Shown here: one piece after another, positions 24,811 to 36,245 of the stretch
Numbering within the stretch: position 1 is the first letter of the stretch
How the letters are laid out: the number at the start of each line of letters is the position of its first letter
Assembly: GCF_006345805.1 (NCBI RefSeq)
Contig: NC_043015.1
Coordinates: forward strand, 45,012,001 to 45,076,000
Length of the DNA: 64,000 nt
Direction: 5' to 3'
DNA from: Octopus sinensis
Lineage: Eukaryota
Position numbers and translations under genes: made by a program
The notes under the pieces: generated by a model
Seen by the model: the letters and a program-made list of their open reading frames with translations, nothing else
Told to the model about the DNA's origin: nothing
The model's database searches: none

Positions 24811-24894
24811 ATATATATATTATATATATAATCTATCATCATCGTTTGCTTTTACATAATTCACTCTAACACACACACACATATATATATATAT

Positions 24895-25297
24895 TCTTTT
24901 ATTTGTTTCAGTCATTTGACTGTGGCCATGCTGGAGCACCTCCTTTAGTCAAACAACTCGACCCCAGGACTTATTCTTTGTAAGTCTAGTACTTATTCTA
25001 TCGGGCTCTTTTGCCGAACTGCTAAGTTACAAGGATATAGACATGCCACCATTGGTTGTCAAGCAATGTTGGTGGGACAAACACAGATACACACACACAT
25101 ATATAATTTCAAATTAATAATAAAAGGGTAAAATTAATTGAAACAATTAGCTGACCCCTAATTATAATTATTTATATATATGACAGGCTTCTTTCAGTTT
25201 CTGTCTGCGAAATCCACTCACAAGGCTTTGGTCGGCCTAAGGCTAAAGTAGAAGACACTCACCCAAGGTGCCACACAGTGGGACTGAACCTAGAACC
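24895..25297 (-). mobile_element. SINE family A, tail-to-tail with the previous copy
   Basis: Reverse-complement match; ~70-bp AT-rich insert in its microsatellite. Confidence 0.8.
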
Positions 25298-25530
25298 ATG
25301 TGTGTGTGTGATAACTGAAAGGAGCCCATTGATACGTATGTGTGTATGTGAGGTGCTGTGATGGGTTTCTTTCAATTACCATCTTCCAAATCCATTCACA
25401 AGATTTTGGTTGGCCCAGCACTAGAGTAACATATGCCATTTGATAAGCAGAAACCATGTAGCTTGGAAGCAAACTTATTAACCTCACAGCAGGCCAGTGC
25501 CTATATATCATACAGACATATATATTGGTA

Positions 25531-25570
<40 letters not shown>

Positions 25571-25706
25571 CATATATAATACACACACGCATATATACAT
25601 ACATATGTATATATATATGCACATACACATATATACATACATATATACACACACATATATGTTCACACATATGTATATATATATATACACACATACACAC
25701 ACACAT

Positions 25707-25886
25707 ACATCATCATCATCATCATTTGGCATCCGCTTTCCATGCTAGCATGGGTTGGACGGTTCAACTGGGGTCTGTGAAGCTGGAAGGCTTCGTCAGG
25801 CCCAGTCAGATCTGGCAGTGTTTCTACGGCTGGATGCCCTTCCTAACGCCAACCACTCCGTGAGTGTAGTGGGTGCTTTTTACGTG
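25707..25886 (-). mobile_element. RTE-LINE 3' end (family B) within a microsatellite
   Basis: (CAT)n-TTTGGCATCCGCTTTCCATGCTAGC. Confidence 0.8.
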
Positions 25887-26175
25887 CTTTTTACATACAT
25901 ACATACATACATATATATATATACCCATACATATACATACATACATACACATACATACATACATACATATATATATATACACATACATACATATATACAC
26001 ACATACATACATACATATACACATACATACACACATACATACATACATATACATACATACATACACACATACATACATACATATATATATATACACATAC
26101 ATATACATACATACATATACATACACACATACATACATACACACATACATATATACATACACAAACATACAGACA
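25887..26175. repeat. (TACA)n/(TA)n compound microsatellite
   Basis: Direct reading. Confidence 0.95.
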
Positions 26176-26499
26176 GACAGAGAAATAGCAGTGTAAAGTA
26201 TCCTGTCAGTTATCTTTCAATTATCATTTCTTCTTTTTTTTTTTTCTTCTTTACCATTCGATTTACCATTATTGGTAGTTTACACAAAATCCGATCGATT
26301 TCCTATTGATTCCTCTTGGAATTGTCTCAGTACTTTCTAAATTTATGCCAGGCAGAATGTTGTGCAGTAGAGAAAAAATATATATATATATATATTTAAT
26401 TGTTTCTATATATTCATCTCCTGCACGACAAGCCCCCCCCCCCGCCTCCCCCACTACTGTCTCACGTCTCTGATCATTCTTTTGAATTCGGAACTCGTG

Positions 26500-26522
26500 T
26501 ATATGTGTGTATAAAATATGTA

Positions 26523-26563
<41 letters not shown>

Positions 26564-26738
26564 ATATATATAATATGTATGTATGTATGTATATATATAT
26601 ATATATTATGTATGTATGTATGTATGTATATATATATATATATAATATATATGTATGTATGTATATATGTATGTATATATGTATGCGTATGTATGTATAT
26701 ATATATATATATATATATAATGTATGTATGTATGTATG

Positions 26739-26784
<46 letters not shown>

Positions 26785-26923
26785 GTATATATGTATGTAT
26801 ATATATATATATATATATATATAATGTATGTATGTATATATATGTATGTATGTATGTATATATATGTATGTATGTATGTATGTATATATGTATATTATGT
26901 ATGTATGTATATAAATATATATG

Positions 26924-26967
<44 letters not shown>

Positions 26968-27413
26968 GTATGTATGTATATATGTATGTATATATATATG
27001 TATGTATGTATATATGTATGTATATATAATATATGTATGTATGTAATATGTATGTATATATATATATACGTATGTATGCATATATGTATGTATGTATATA
27101 TGTATATATATATATATACGTATGTATGCATATATATATGTATGTATATATATATGTATGTATGTATATATATATGTATGTATGTATGTATATATATATA
27201 TATGTATGTATATATATATGTGTGTGTGTATATATATATATATTATATATATATATATATGTATGTATATATATGTGTGTATATATATATATATGTATAT
27301 ATTTCTTTACTACCCACAAAGGGCTAAACAGAGGGGACAAACAAGGACAATATATATATGTATGTATATATGTATATATATATGTATATATATATATATG
27401 TATATATACATGT

Positions 27414-27444
<31 letters not shown>

Positions 27445-27470
27445 CTCACATATGCACACATATATACATC
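26500..27470. repeat. ~1-kb compound (TG)n/(TATG)n/(TA)n microsatellite
   Basis: Direct reading; contains a ~50-bp SINE C fragment at 27300-27350. Confidence 0.95.
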
Positions 27471-28848
27471 AACACATTTGTGTTTTGTATGTACATATGA
27501 AATACTTTATTCATATAATTTATCTGATGGTGTGTGTGTGTCTGTGTGTGTACGTGTGTCAATCGATAACGAAGTGAGGTTGTATCAGTGCAGTACAGTA
27601 CACAGACCGCTTTCTTCCGTCCAAACATAATACTATCTCTCGCTGGACAGATTACTTGACTTGACAGAAAGATTCGAAGGAATGGATAGAGAGAGAGAGA
27701 GAGAGAGAAAAAAAAAAAAGAAGAAAAAGACACAGCTGTAACGAGAGAGTGTGTGAGAGAGTTGGCATCAGGTGCGACAACACAGAAGATATATAGACAG
27801 TGGTCTTTTGAATAATTAATCATGCTTCTAATAAAGACAACCTCTTAAACTCTTGTCTCTGCTTCTGCACCATCTTCCATTAGAAATTATTCCGTCTTTT
27901 ACTGGATAATTATAAACTTGAAGCCATAGATATTTTGCTGTGTATTTTGTGTTTTTGAGTTGGGGTTTTTATTCCGATATTTTTTTGCGGGGTTTGTTGC
28001 TTTCTTTTGAAAACTTCAGTAAAGAAGTTTCTTAATATTTTTTAGCAGGAACTTTTTTTTTTTTTTCAAAAGTGTCGATTACACCCCTCCCCCCACCTCC
28101 TTTTAGACAATAGAAATTGAAATAAATATACCAAGTTTAAAAGCCGTATTTATTTTATAGAGATAAAAAAAAATATTTTATCTTTTTTTTTTTTTTCTTC
28201 GTGTCGGATTTATTATTATTTCTTGTCGTATCTCGTATTTTGTGGACAATTAAGTTTTGAAGATCAGGTTTTATCATTGTTTTTTATATTTTATGGAAAA
28301 TTGATTTAATTTCTTTTTTTTTTTCGAATGAAAATGGGGAGAATCAATAAAAAATAGTAATAAAATCACGATAAAACGATTATTAAAAAAAAAAAGAAGC
28401 AATTTTTCCCGCCTCTGTACTTGTTAACCTTTTCTTCTGAATCTGAATCGAATTCTGGTGCGTTAAGTCGCTAGATGTAACTACAGTAGGTCGCGATCCT
28501 ATTCGAGGTCTTTAAGAATTTATCTGGGGTTCGTCAAACCGCCCATATTTTAATAACGGTGGCAGCAGAACCTTCGTCTTAGACATAGTCGTTATTACGA
28601 TCAATATTTTGTAATTTTCGTTCAATAATTTGTCTCAAAGAAGGACTTGTATATATGCAAGTAATGTCATATTAACTTCTGAAGAACTGCAAAAGGTTCA
28701 CCAGAAATACTTAAGCGGGAACATTTTTGATTGAAGATAAATTTTTTTTTGTTAGGATGATGAATATTTCAATCACATTGATAATCAATATTATTAGTAG
28801 CTGGCTTTTGAATGTCTTGACTAAATTCTTACTATAAAATGAAGTTTA

Positions 28849-29069
28849 CCCTTTCATTACTGTATTTATTTTGAGATGCTCTATGTTTCATTCAATTATT
28901 TTAAATATAACAAAGAATTTAGTAAAATAACTTAGTTATCATTAAGCTAGTGTTAGGAACATAAATTGCGACTAAGGCTTGGCTGTATATTTTAATGCAA
29001 AACTTATGAAAACAAGACATTTGTACTACAGAGTCAGAACCGGTTTTGGCCGGGTTGGTAATGAAAGGG
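28849..29069 (-). mobile_element. piggyBac-type MITE
   Basis: CCCTTTCATTAC...GTAATGAAAGGG|TTAA; inverted relative to the copies at 57023 and 59409. Confidence 0.8.
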
Positions 29070-29215
29070 TTAAGCATTGTAAGATAGAAAATTCGACACC
29101 AATTAAAAGTTGTTTTTAATTGCAAACAGCTGCTATACAATTGCTGTTTTACTTTTGTATTTGTAGTATCATATTGTGGCGTTAATTCATTTCTTGTGAG
29201 TATGATTAATTTTAG

Positions 29216-29359
29216 TTGGTGTTACTTCGAAATGGAGTTCCTCTGAAGGATGTCTAGAGTAATGTAATATGATGTGGAACTCCGAGATCAGGGAGTCTCT
29301 CCAGATCGAACTGCAACTTCTCCACATTGAGAGATCATAATGCCAGTACTAACGGACAT
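29216..29359 (+). other. Candidate 5' UTR exon of the HECT-like gene
   Basis: TTTTAG acceptor at 29215 and strong ACAT|GTGAGT donor at 29360 in unique sequence; the next acceptor is at 30897. Confidence 0.35.
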
Positions 29360-29856
29360 GTGAGTAAAATGTTTCAGGAAAGAATCTCAAGAAGACACTT
29401 GCCCAAGGTGCCACAGTTTCAGTTGGTGAAGGCGCATGGGTTACTGGTTAGGATGCTGCACTCATGATCATGAAATTATGGTTTTGATTCATAGACCAGG
29501 CAATGTATTGCGTTCTTAAGCAAAACACTTCATTTTACATTGCTTCAGTTCACTCAATTGGCAAAAGCAAGTAATCCGGCATCCCATTCAATGCAGAATG
29601 TATGTTGCACCATGGAAACCAGTTCTATGAATCTATACAACTCAGGAAGGATCTTTATCATATCTGATCTTGTAGTTTCAGTTTATCATGCTTGGGAATC
29701 ATTTTTTCACATTCAAAATGGCCAGGTCTGGCCTCTCACACCTAAGCTACAATGTCATTCTACAAATAAGCAAATACGTCATTGAAATCTTGAAGCTAGA
29801 AGATAATACATGATTAACTCTAAACAACGTGAATAAATAAACAGTGCATTAGACGG

Positions 29857-30150
29857 AGTGGAGGCACATGGCCCAGTGGTTAGAGCAGCAGACTCGCGGT
29901 TGAGGGATCATGAGTTCGAATCTCAGACCGGGCGATGTGTGTGTTTATGAGCGAAACACCTAAGCTCCACGCGGCTCTGGCAGAAGGTAATGGCAAACTT
30001 CTGCTGACTCTTTCGCCACAACTTTCTCTCACTCTTTTCTCCTGCATCTCGCAACAGACCAGCGTCCTGTACAGGTGGGAAACCTATACACCAAGGAAAC
30101 CGGAAAACCGGCCTTGATGAGCCAGGCATGGCTCGAAAAGGAACAAACAT
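29857..30150 (+). mobile_element. tRNA-headed SINE family D
   Basis: GTGGAGGCACATGGCCCAGTGGTTAGAGC...GAGTTCGAATCTC. Confidence 0.75.
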
Positions 30151-30487
30151 TAGACAGAGTAGCTTGAATGTTAAAGGGTTAAGTATCAGAAGGTAAACTG
30201 TAATATGCAAGCAGTAAATAAAACCCATATTTAAATCAATTGAACCTTAATTTAAAAGCAAGGTTTTAATTGTCATGCCTTGTATTTTGGAGAGAGTTTA
30301 CACATGTAGACAAAAACCCTCGTTAGACTCCACGTGTTTTACCCTTAGCATAGAAAAATTAATACCTTTCCCTTCTGCACCTCAGTGAGGTAGCATGGGT
30401 TTTGGTTATCCTCAGTAGTAACCAAATTGGTTGCCTCCTGCCTACTTAAATGTAACATACCTTCTACCATGGCAAACACACATATAT

Positions 30488-30708
30488 ATATTTCTTTACT
30501 ACCCACAAGGGACTAAACACAGAGGGGGACAAACAAGGACAGACATAGGTATTAAGTCGATTACATCGACCCCAGTGCGTAACTGGTACTTAATTTAATC
30601 GACCCCGAAAGGATGAAAGGCAAAGTCGACCTCGGCGGAATTTGAACCCAGAACCTAACGGCAGACGAAATACGGCTACGTATTTCACCCGGCGTGCTAA
30701 CGTTTCTA
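30488..30708 (-). mobile_element. SINE family C, monomer
   Basis: Reverse complement of the 52769 head and body. Confidence 0.85.
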
Positions 30709-30942
30709 GTGGCTATCCCGTGCAGTCAGCACACTCTTGTGCCATACCATTGATTAATCTGATGGTCCATTAAAATATATGAATGGTTTTTCATTAAAAT
30801 AGTTAATGGTTTGTCCTGTCATGTAATTAACTTAACCCACACACACATGTTTTTGTATGAAATCATAAATAATTTTGAAATCGCTTTTTCTTTCCAGACG
30901 AGAAAACTGATTTGAATTTCAAGGGGAAGATTAAAATTAAAA

Positions 30943-32476
30943 ATGGATGACAATACAAAAGTAATGTTGAAGCTGGCTACTTTCTTAGCTCAGCAGAACA
31001 ACTCTCGTGTCAACAATACAGGAAACCAAAACCCTCTTACAGAACTGGCTACCCAACTATTGATGAATAGCACTAGTGAAACCCTTGCCATACCAACGTC
31101 TCTGCAATCACACCCAGCAAAACAACTGCCATCTCATCAACCAGACAACAGCACCTCTAGCATGTTTCAAACACAAGCTTCACCAGTGCCTATCTCTCAG
31201 AACACTTCATCAAATCACATGAATAATACTTACAGTGTAAATGCTTCATCACTTCAAGGGAACATCGCAAATACAAAGAGTTCAGTTCCTAGGGCTAATG
31301 AGATGATGTCGCTGAACAATACTTCAAACAAAGACATGATTCCAGTAGCATCCCCAATCAACAGAGATTCTTTTAACGTAATGTCCCCTGTTATGGATCA
31401 AGAAAACTTCTCTCCTATCAACAGAGACAATTTCCCCATCAGCAGGGATACATTTAACGTGACAACTGCCAACTCTTATCCTATCAACTCACCTATGAAT
31501 CACGACACATTCACCACAGCTTCTTCTGTCAACCGAGATTCCTTTACAATGTCATCCGCAGTCAACAGGGAGTCCTATCCTGCAACATCATCTGGAAATT
31601 CACTCTCATCATCCCCAGCGACTAACCGGGAAATGTTAACTGTAATGCCGCCAGTAAATAGAGACACGTTTTCTGCTGCTTCTCCTGTCAACCGAGAAAC
31701 GTATCCCAATAATCCTGCTATGAATAGGGATACATTTAACGTCAACCGAGACAACATGAGTGGGAATTGTCCTGAGACAAGAGATTCATTTTCTTCAGAT
31801 TGCTCTGCTACTAGGGTCTCCTTTAACATAACATCACCAAGAAATCGAGAAAATTACACAAGTACTCCAGTTATTGGTCGAGACTCGTATTCGGTAACCT
31901 CCCCAGTTAATAGCGACTCTTACGGATCTGGGATGCCAACGAGCCATGAGTCTTACCAAGTCAGTTCTCCTTCTAACCGAATTTCTGAAGATTCTGCTAT
32001 GAACTCTTTGAATATGATGCGAGGGGATATCTCCAGAAATACAGCTTTAACAAGAGTTCCTGATGAGATGAATATGAACCAAGTGGAGGACATGGTTGTC
32101 ACTAGTGGCGGTGGTGGTGGAAGTAGTAACGGTAGTAGTATTAACAGCGGTTTGGGCTCAATCAACAGTTCAATGTCATGCAACCTGTCTTCCATGAACT
32201 CTTCTTCCAATGAAGTGCATATAAACTCTTCAAATAATTGTGCCTATTACAAGCGACCGATACAAGGAGAAAAGGGACGATCGTATCCCCAGCCAGTCAT
32301 ACTTCGATCACGACCTCGTCCTGTTAAAGAGAGGTCTAAAAGAGGTCCCAAAGAGAAGGATTATTTCAGAACTGCTTTCTTTTGTCTACCAAATGTGACA
32401 GCCCGACTCCCACGCTTTACGTCCTCTGATCCTCGTGAGCAAGACCTTGTCCTCGATTATCAAAAACAAGGTTATG
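30943..32476 (+). CDS. HECT-like pseudo-ligase gene, coding exon 1 (aa 1-511; S/N/T-rich region with 11-aa repeats, basic patch, start of central domain)
   Basis: Acceptor TTTCCAG at 30897; in-frame TGA at 30913 upstream of ATG 30943; 1.5-kb open frame; donor TAT G|GTAAGA (phase 1). Confidence 0.85.
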
Positions 32477-32568
32477 GTAAGAAATGTTTCTTTTATGTTC
32501 TTTTAATTAATGCCCCCTCCCCTCTCAAAAAATTTCTTGTCTTGCAAGTTACTTGGTTACCCTTCCAG

Positions 32569-32975
32569 TGCTGGTGCCACATAAAAATCATCCAGTCCAG
32601 AGTGTGAAGTGGTTGGCATTTGGAAGGGCATCTGGATGTAAAAAGACCATGCCAAAACTGACCTCACCTATGCTGGTGCCACATAAAAAGCATCCAGTCC
32701 AGAGTGTGAAGTGGTTGGCATTTGGAAGGGCATCTGGATGTAAAAATACCATACTAAAACTGACCTCACCTATGCTGGTGCCACATAAAAAGCACTCAGT
32801 CCACTCTATGGGGTGGTTGGTGTTAGGAAGAGCATCCAGCAGTAAAAGCCATGCCAAAACAGACACGGTAGCTAGGGTAGTTTTTCTAGCTTGGTGTAGT
32901 CTCCCACCTGGCCGGCTCCTGTCAAACCGTCCAACCCATGCCAGCATGGAAGGCAGACGTTAAACAATGATGATG
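32569..32975 (+). repeat. Intronic 102-bp tandem repeat derived from a family B element
   Basis: TGCTGGTGCCACATAAAAA starts at 32569, 32671 and 32773; ends in a family B (GAT)n tail. Confidence 0.85.
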
Positions 32976-33243
32976 AAAATAATACTCTTCCTGTTTTGTA
33001 TCATCATCATCATCATCATCATCATTTAACGTCTGTTTTCCATGCTGGCATGGGTCAGATGGTTTAAGGTGGTTGGCATTAAGAAGTGCATCCAGCCAGC
33101 CATATCAAAACAGTGAAGCCTGGTGCAATCTTCTGGCTTGCCAGCTCCTGTCAAACCATCCAACCCATGGAAAATGAATGTTGTTGTTGTTGATGATGAT
33201 GGTGATGATGATCGCTTGACCTAAATTAATTTTTCTTTTACAG

Positions 33244-33476
33244 GTTTCCCAGCAAAAGACTACTTTGAAGGCAAACCTCAGAAGACTTATATTCGTCTCA
33301 GTCATGATGAAGAAAGTTTCCGTTGCTTTCTGTTAAGTATTTATCCGAAACTTGAGGGAAAGTATTATGAACTTTATAGAATTGATCGGCAGAGAAATTT
33401 GGTTCGCATTGAAGCTAAGACCCCCCGCGGTATCAAGAATGCTAAATACCAAGGAACGATCATCATTTTGCCCTAC
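33244..33476 (+). CDS. HECT-like gene, coding exon 2
   Basis: TTTTACAG|GT TTC CCA...; reads GFPAKDYFEGKPQKTYIRLSHDEESFRCFLLSIYPKLEGKYYELYRIDRQRNLVRIEAKTPRGIKNAKYQGTIIILPY; donor GTAAGT; phase 1 to 0. Confidence 0.85.
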
Positions 33477-33527
33477 GTAAGTTTGCAAGGTCGCACTATT
33501 TGTATTTGTACTTCATTTAACAGCTTT

Positions 33528-33712
33528 AGGACCTTTTCGGTTTGAACGGCAGTTTTTACAAATAATTTCCACGTAACTAAACACTTTTAAACTTCGTATA
33601 CTGGTAGAATGTGTTTATAAAACATCTTTTTCTCTTGGCTTTATTGAGAAAATTCTATAGTTTGTAAGATATTTGTTGTTTTTTACTTCAATTTCTGCAA
33701 TTTCAACCATCC
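33528..33712. mobile_element. Single end of the 7872-type MITE
   Basis: AGGACCTTTTCGGTTTGAACGGCAG...AAACTTCGTATACTGGTAGAATGTG. Confidence 0.7.
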
Positions 33713-33895
33713 CTTCTCATTCAGAACTCCCACTACAAGATATAATGATTAGGTAATGAAATGACTTCAACAGGGCCAATGTTTCATCTGTAAAAAAACA
33801 CAATGCGAAACATCCACTTATCAGTTGGCAATTAGTAGAAATTTACAATAGTCTAAAGTGGCTGAAGACTTTTGCATGGTACCGGAGTGGTTGGT

Positions 33896-34058
33896 GCTAC
33901 ACTCACGGACTGGTTGGCGTTAGGAAGGGCATCAAGCTGTATAAACACTGCCAGATCAGACTGGAGCCTGGTGCAGCCTCATGGCTTCCCAGACCCCGGT
34001 CGAACCGTCCAACCCGTGCTAGCACAGAAAACAGACATTAAACGATGATGATGATGAT
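33896..34058 (+). mobile_element. RTE-LINE 3' end (family B)
   Basis: Ends AACAGACATTAAACGATGATGATG. Confidence 0.8.
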
Positions 34059-34388
34059 ATATAGAATTAAGAGTCAGAACCTCCATAAAGTAATTCAATT
34101 AATAATGAAAGATGCTATCTATAATAAAATATAAATTTAAATATATTATTATTAACATTATACTAAAAATTTACCTGAACTTTTCTGAAAACTTAAGAAG
34201 TTAGACATGATGGTTGTCAAGTTAAAGTGCTGGATTATTGATTAAATTTTCATAGTTTCAAATTAGACTCTGCCATCGTTTTCTCTCCTTTGGCTGGCCA
34301 TATAATTTTTCATATCTCAGTCTGCCTGGCTGACAACAAGCTTAATTCATACTTCATGATTAACAGATTACTGCAATAAAAAGTGTGG

Positions 34389-34772
34389 AGTGGCTGTGTG
34401 GTAAGTAGCATGCTTACCAACCACATGGTTCCGGGTTCAGTCCCACTGCGTGGCACCTTGGGCAAGTGTCTTCTACTATAGCCTCGGGCTGACCAAAGCC
34501 TTGTGAGTGGATTTGGTAGACAGAAACTGAAAGAAGTCCGTCGTATATATGTATACATATATATATGTGTGTATATTTGTGTGTCTGTGTTTGTCCCCCC
34601 AACATCGCTTGACAACTGATGCTGGTGTGTTTACGTCCCTGTAACTTAGCGGTTCGGCAAAAGAGACCGATAGAATAAGTACTAGGCTTACAACGAATAA
34701 GTCCTGGGATCAATTTACTCGACTAAAGGCAGTGCTCCAGCATGGCCACAGTCACATGACTGAAACAAGTAA
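34389..34772 (+). mobile_element. SINE family A
   Basis: Full head-to-tail match. Confidence 0.85.
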
Positions 34773-35210
34773 AAGAGTAAATGTTGAGACTCCTTCATCA
34801 TTATCATCATCATCATTTATTATCCGTTTTCCCGTGCTTGCATGGGTCAGATGGAATTTGTTGAGGCAGGTTTTGTACAGTCAAATAACCTTCCTGTCAC
34901 CAATCCTCATCTATTTCTAAGCAAGGTAATATTTCCCCCGCAGTTAGACGTGTGTTTCCGGTACCAGTTGCGTACTGGAGTCGATCTAACTGACTAGCCC
35001 CCTACCCAAAAATTTCGGGCCTTGTGCCTAGAGTAGAAAAGATTCATTTCAGTCATTTGACTGCAGCCATGCTGGAACATTGTCTTCAAAATTTACAAAA
35101 CCCTCCAAAAATGTGAAGCAATTTAATAAACTAAATTATGAATTAAACTTTCTTACTTTTTAATTTAATTTCTTCTTTTGTATTTTTTCAAAAACTTTTT
35201 TTTTATTTAG

Positions 35211-35426
35211 CCTGAAGCTTCAAATCCACCATCAGCTGTTGTGCACAACCCAAGTAGTATTGGAGACTTTCCTGTCCAGCTATGCAATGATTCCATTGAA
35301 AATATTAATGAAAACAATGAATGTGAAGAAGAAAACATGATACCATCACCAAGTGTCTGTGGTTCCACGCCCCAGCAATCTCCTTTCATGCCACCAAACC
35401 ATGAAGTAGCTACATATGATCATAAG
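35211..35426 (+). CDS. HECT-like gene, coding exon 3 (acidic/Pro-rich linker)
   Basis: Long T tract-TTTAG|CCT GAA GCT...CAT AAG|GTAACT; 216 nt, phase 0 to 0; PEASNPP...VATYDHK. Confidence 0.75.
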
Positions 35427-35671
35427 GTAACTATCTTTAATATAAATTATGATTGATTGAATTGGCAGAATTGATTAAGTGTCAGACAAATGTTAGTAAT
35501 ATCCATTTACACTGTAAGTTGAAATCTCGTAATGTTTGTCTTGCATTTCAACCTTGCAGAGATTTTATCCTGTTAGGGAATATGTTGAATAAAATCATAA
35601 TTAACTGATCCTCCTGTATTTTCTTTTGCCCAAGGCCAGGAACTTTACAGCACCCCTTGTATGTATGTATA

Positions 35672-35975
35672 TGTCACGTGATCGACCAGGCTATCAGATG
35701 TTGCTACGCATCGCTGGTCACAATGTGCTTCGCATTGTTTTAGCCTTCAAATGATGCCACCCCACTGGCTAAGGGAGCAGGCCAACAGAAGACAGAGTGA
35801 GAGAAAGTTGTGGTGAAAGAGTACAGCAGGGATCGCCACCACCCCCTGCTGGAGCCTCGTGGAGTTTTAGGCGATTTCGCTCAATAAACACTCACAACGC
35901 CTGGTCTAGGAATCGAAACCGCGATCCTACGACCGCGAGTCTGCTGCCCAAACCACTGGGCCATTGCGCCTCCAC
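35672..35975 (-). mobile_element. tRNA-headed SINE family D
   Basis: Reverse complement of the 19023/29857 head. Confidence 0.75.
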
Positions 35976-36030
35976 ACACATATATATATATGTGTGTTCC
36001 CAAATACATGCACACACGTGTGTGAGTGTA

Positions 36031-36245
36031 TGAGGGGTGCTGAAAAGTTAGTGGCTTTAAGGTATCATGAAAGTCCTGGCTGGAGGTCCAACCTTCCAAG
36101 TTCTTTTACTGAGCTACAAAAAACTGAAGGACCCCTGCAATAAGTTTATGAATCTGAAAGGGGAATTTGTTGAATTAAATCATAATTAACTGATCCATCT
36201 GTATTTTCTTTTACTCAAAGCCAGGAACTTTTTAGCATCCCCTCA
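36031..36245. mobile_element. Mariner-type MITE
   Basis: TA|TGAGGGGTGCTGAAAAGTT...AACTTTTTAGCATCCCCTCA inverted ends; partial copy at ~35570-35660. Confidence 0.7.

Noticed and set aside
25290-27630. Many long ORFs rich in Y/I/H/T/C/V/M (e.g. 269 aa at 26518, 279 aa at 26606)
   Set aside because: They are translations of (TA)n/(TATG)n/(CA)n microsatellites, which lack stop codons in some frames. The same applies at 4490, 12326-12850, 15149-15928 and 43304-43925.
27446-27823. 125-aa minus-strand ORF near the putative promoter
   Set aside because: It is largely GA/A-run and microsatellite-derived low complexity, with no domain signal.
31327-31986. Possible reflectin, given Met/Asn/Arg-rich repeats in a cephalopod
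   Set aside because: It lacks the reflectin (M/F)D(X)5MD(X)5MD motif and the high Tyr/Trp content.
32477-32607. C-terminal 43 aa of the 554-aa ORF (GKKCFFYVLL...)
   Set aside because: It lies past a consensus G|GTAAGA donor. The spliced frame continues a coherent domain in exon 2, so this is intron read-through.
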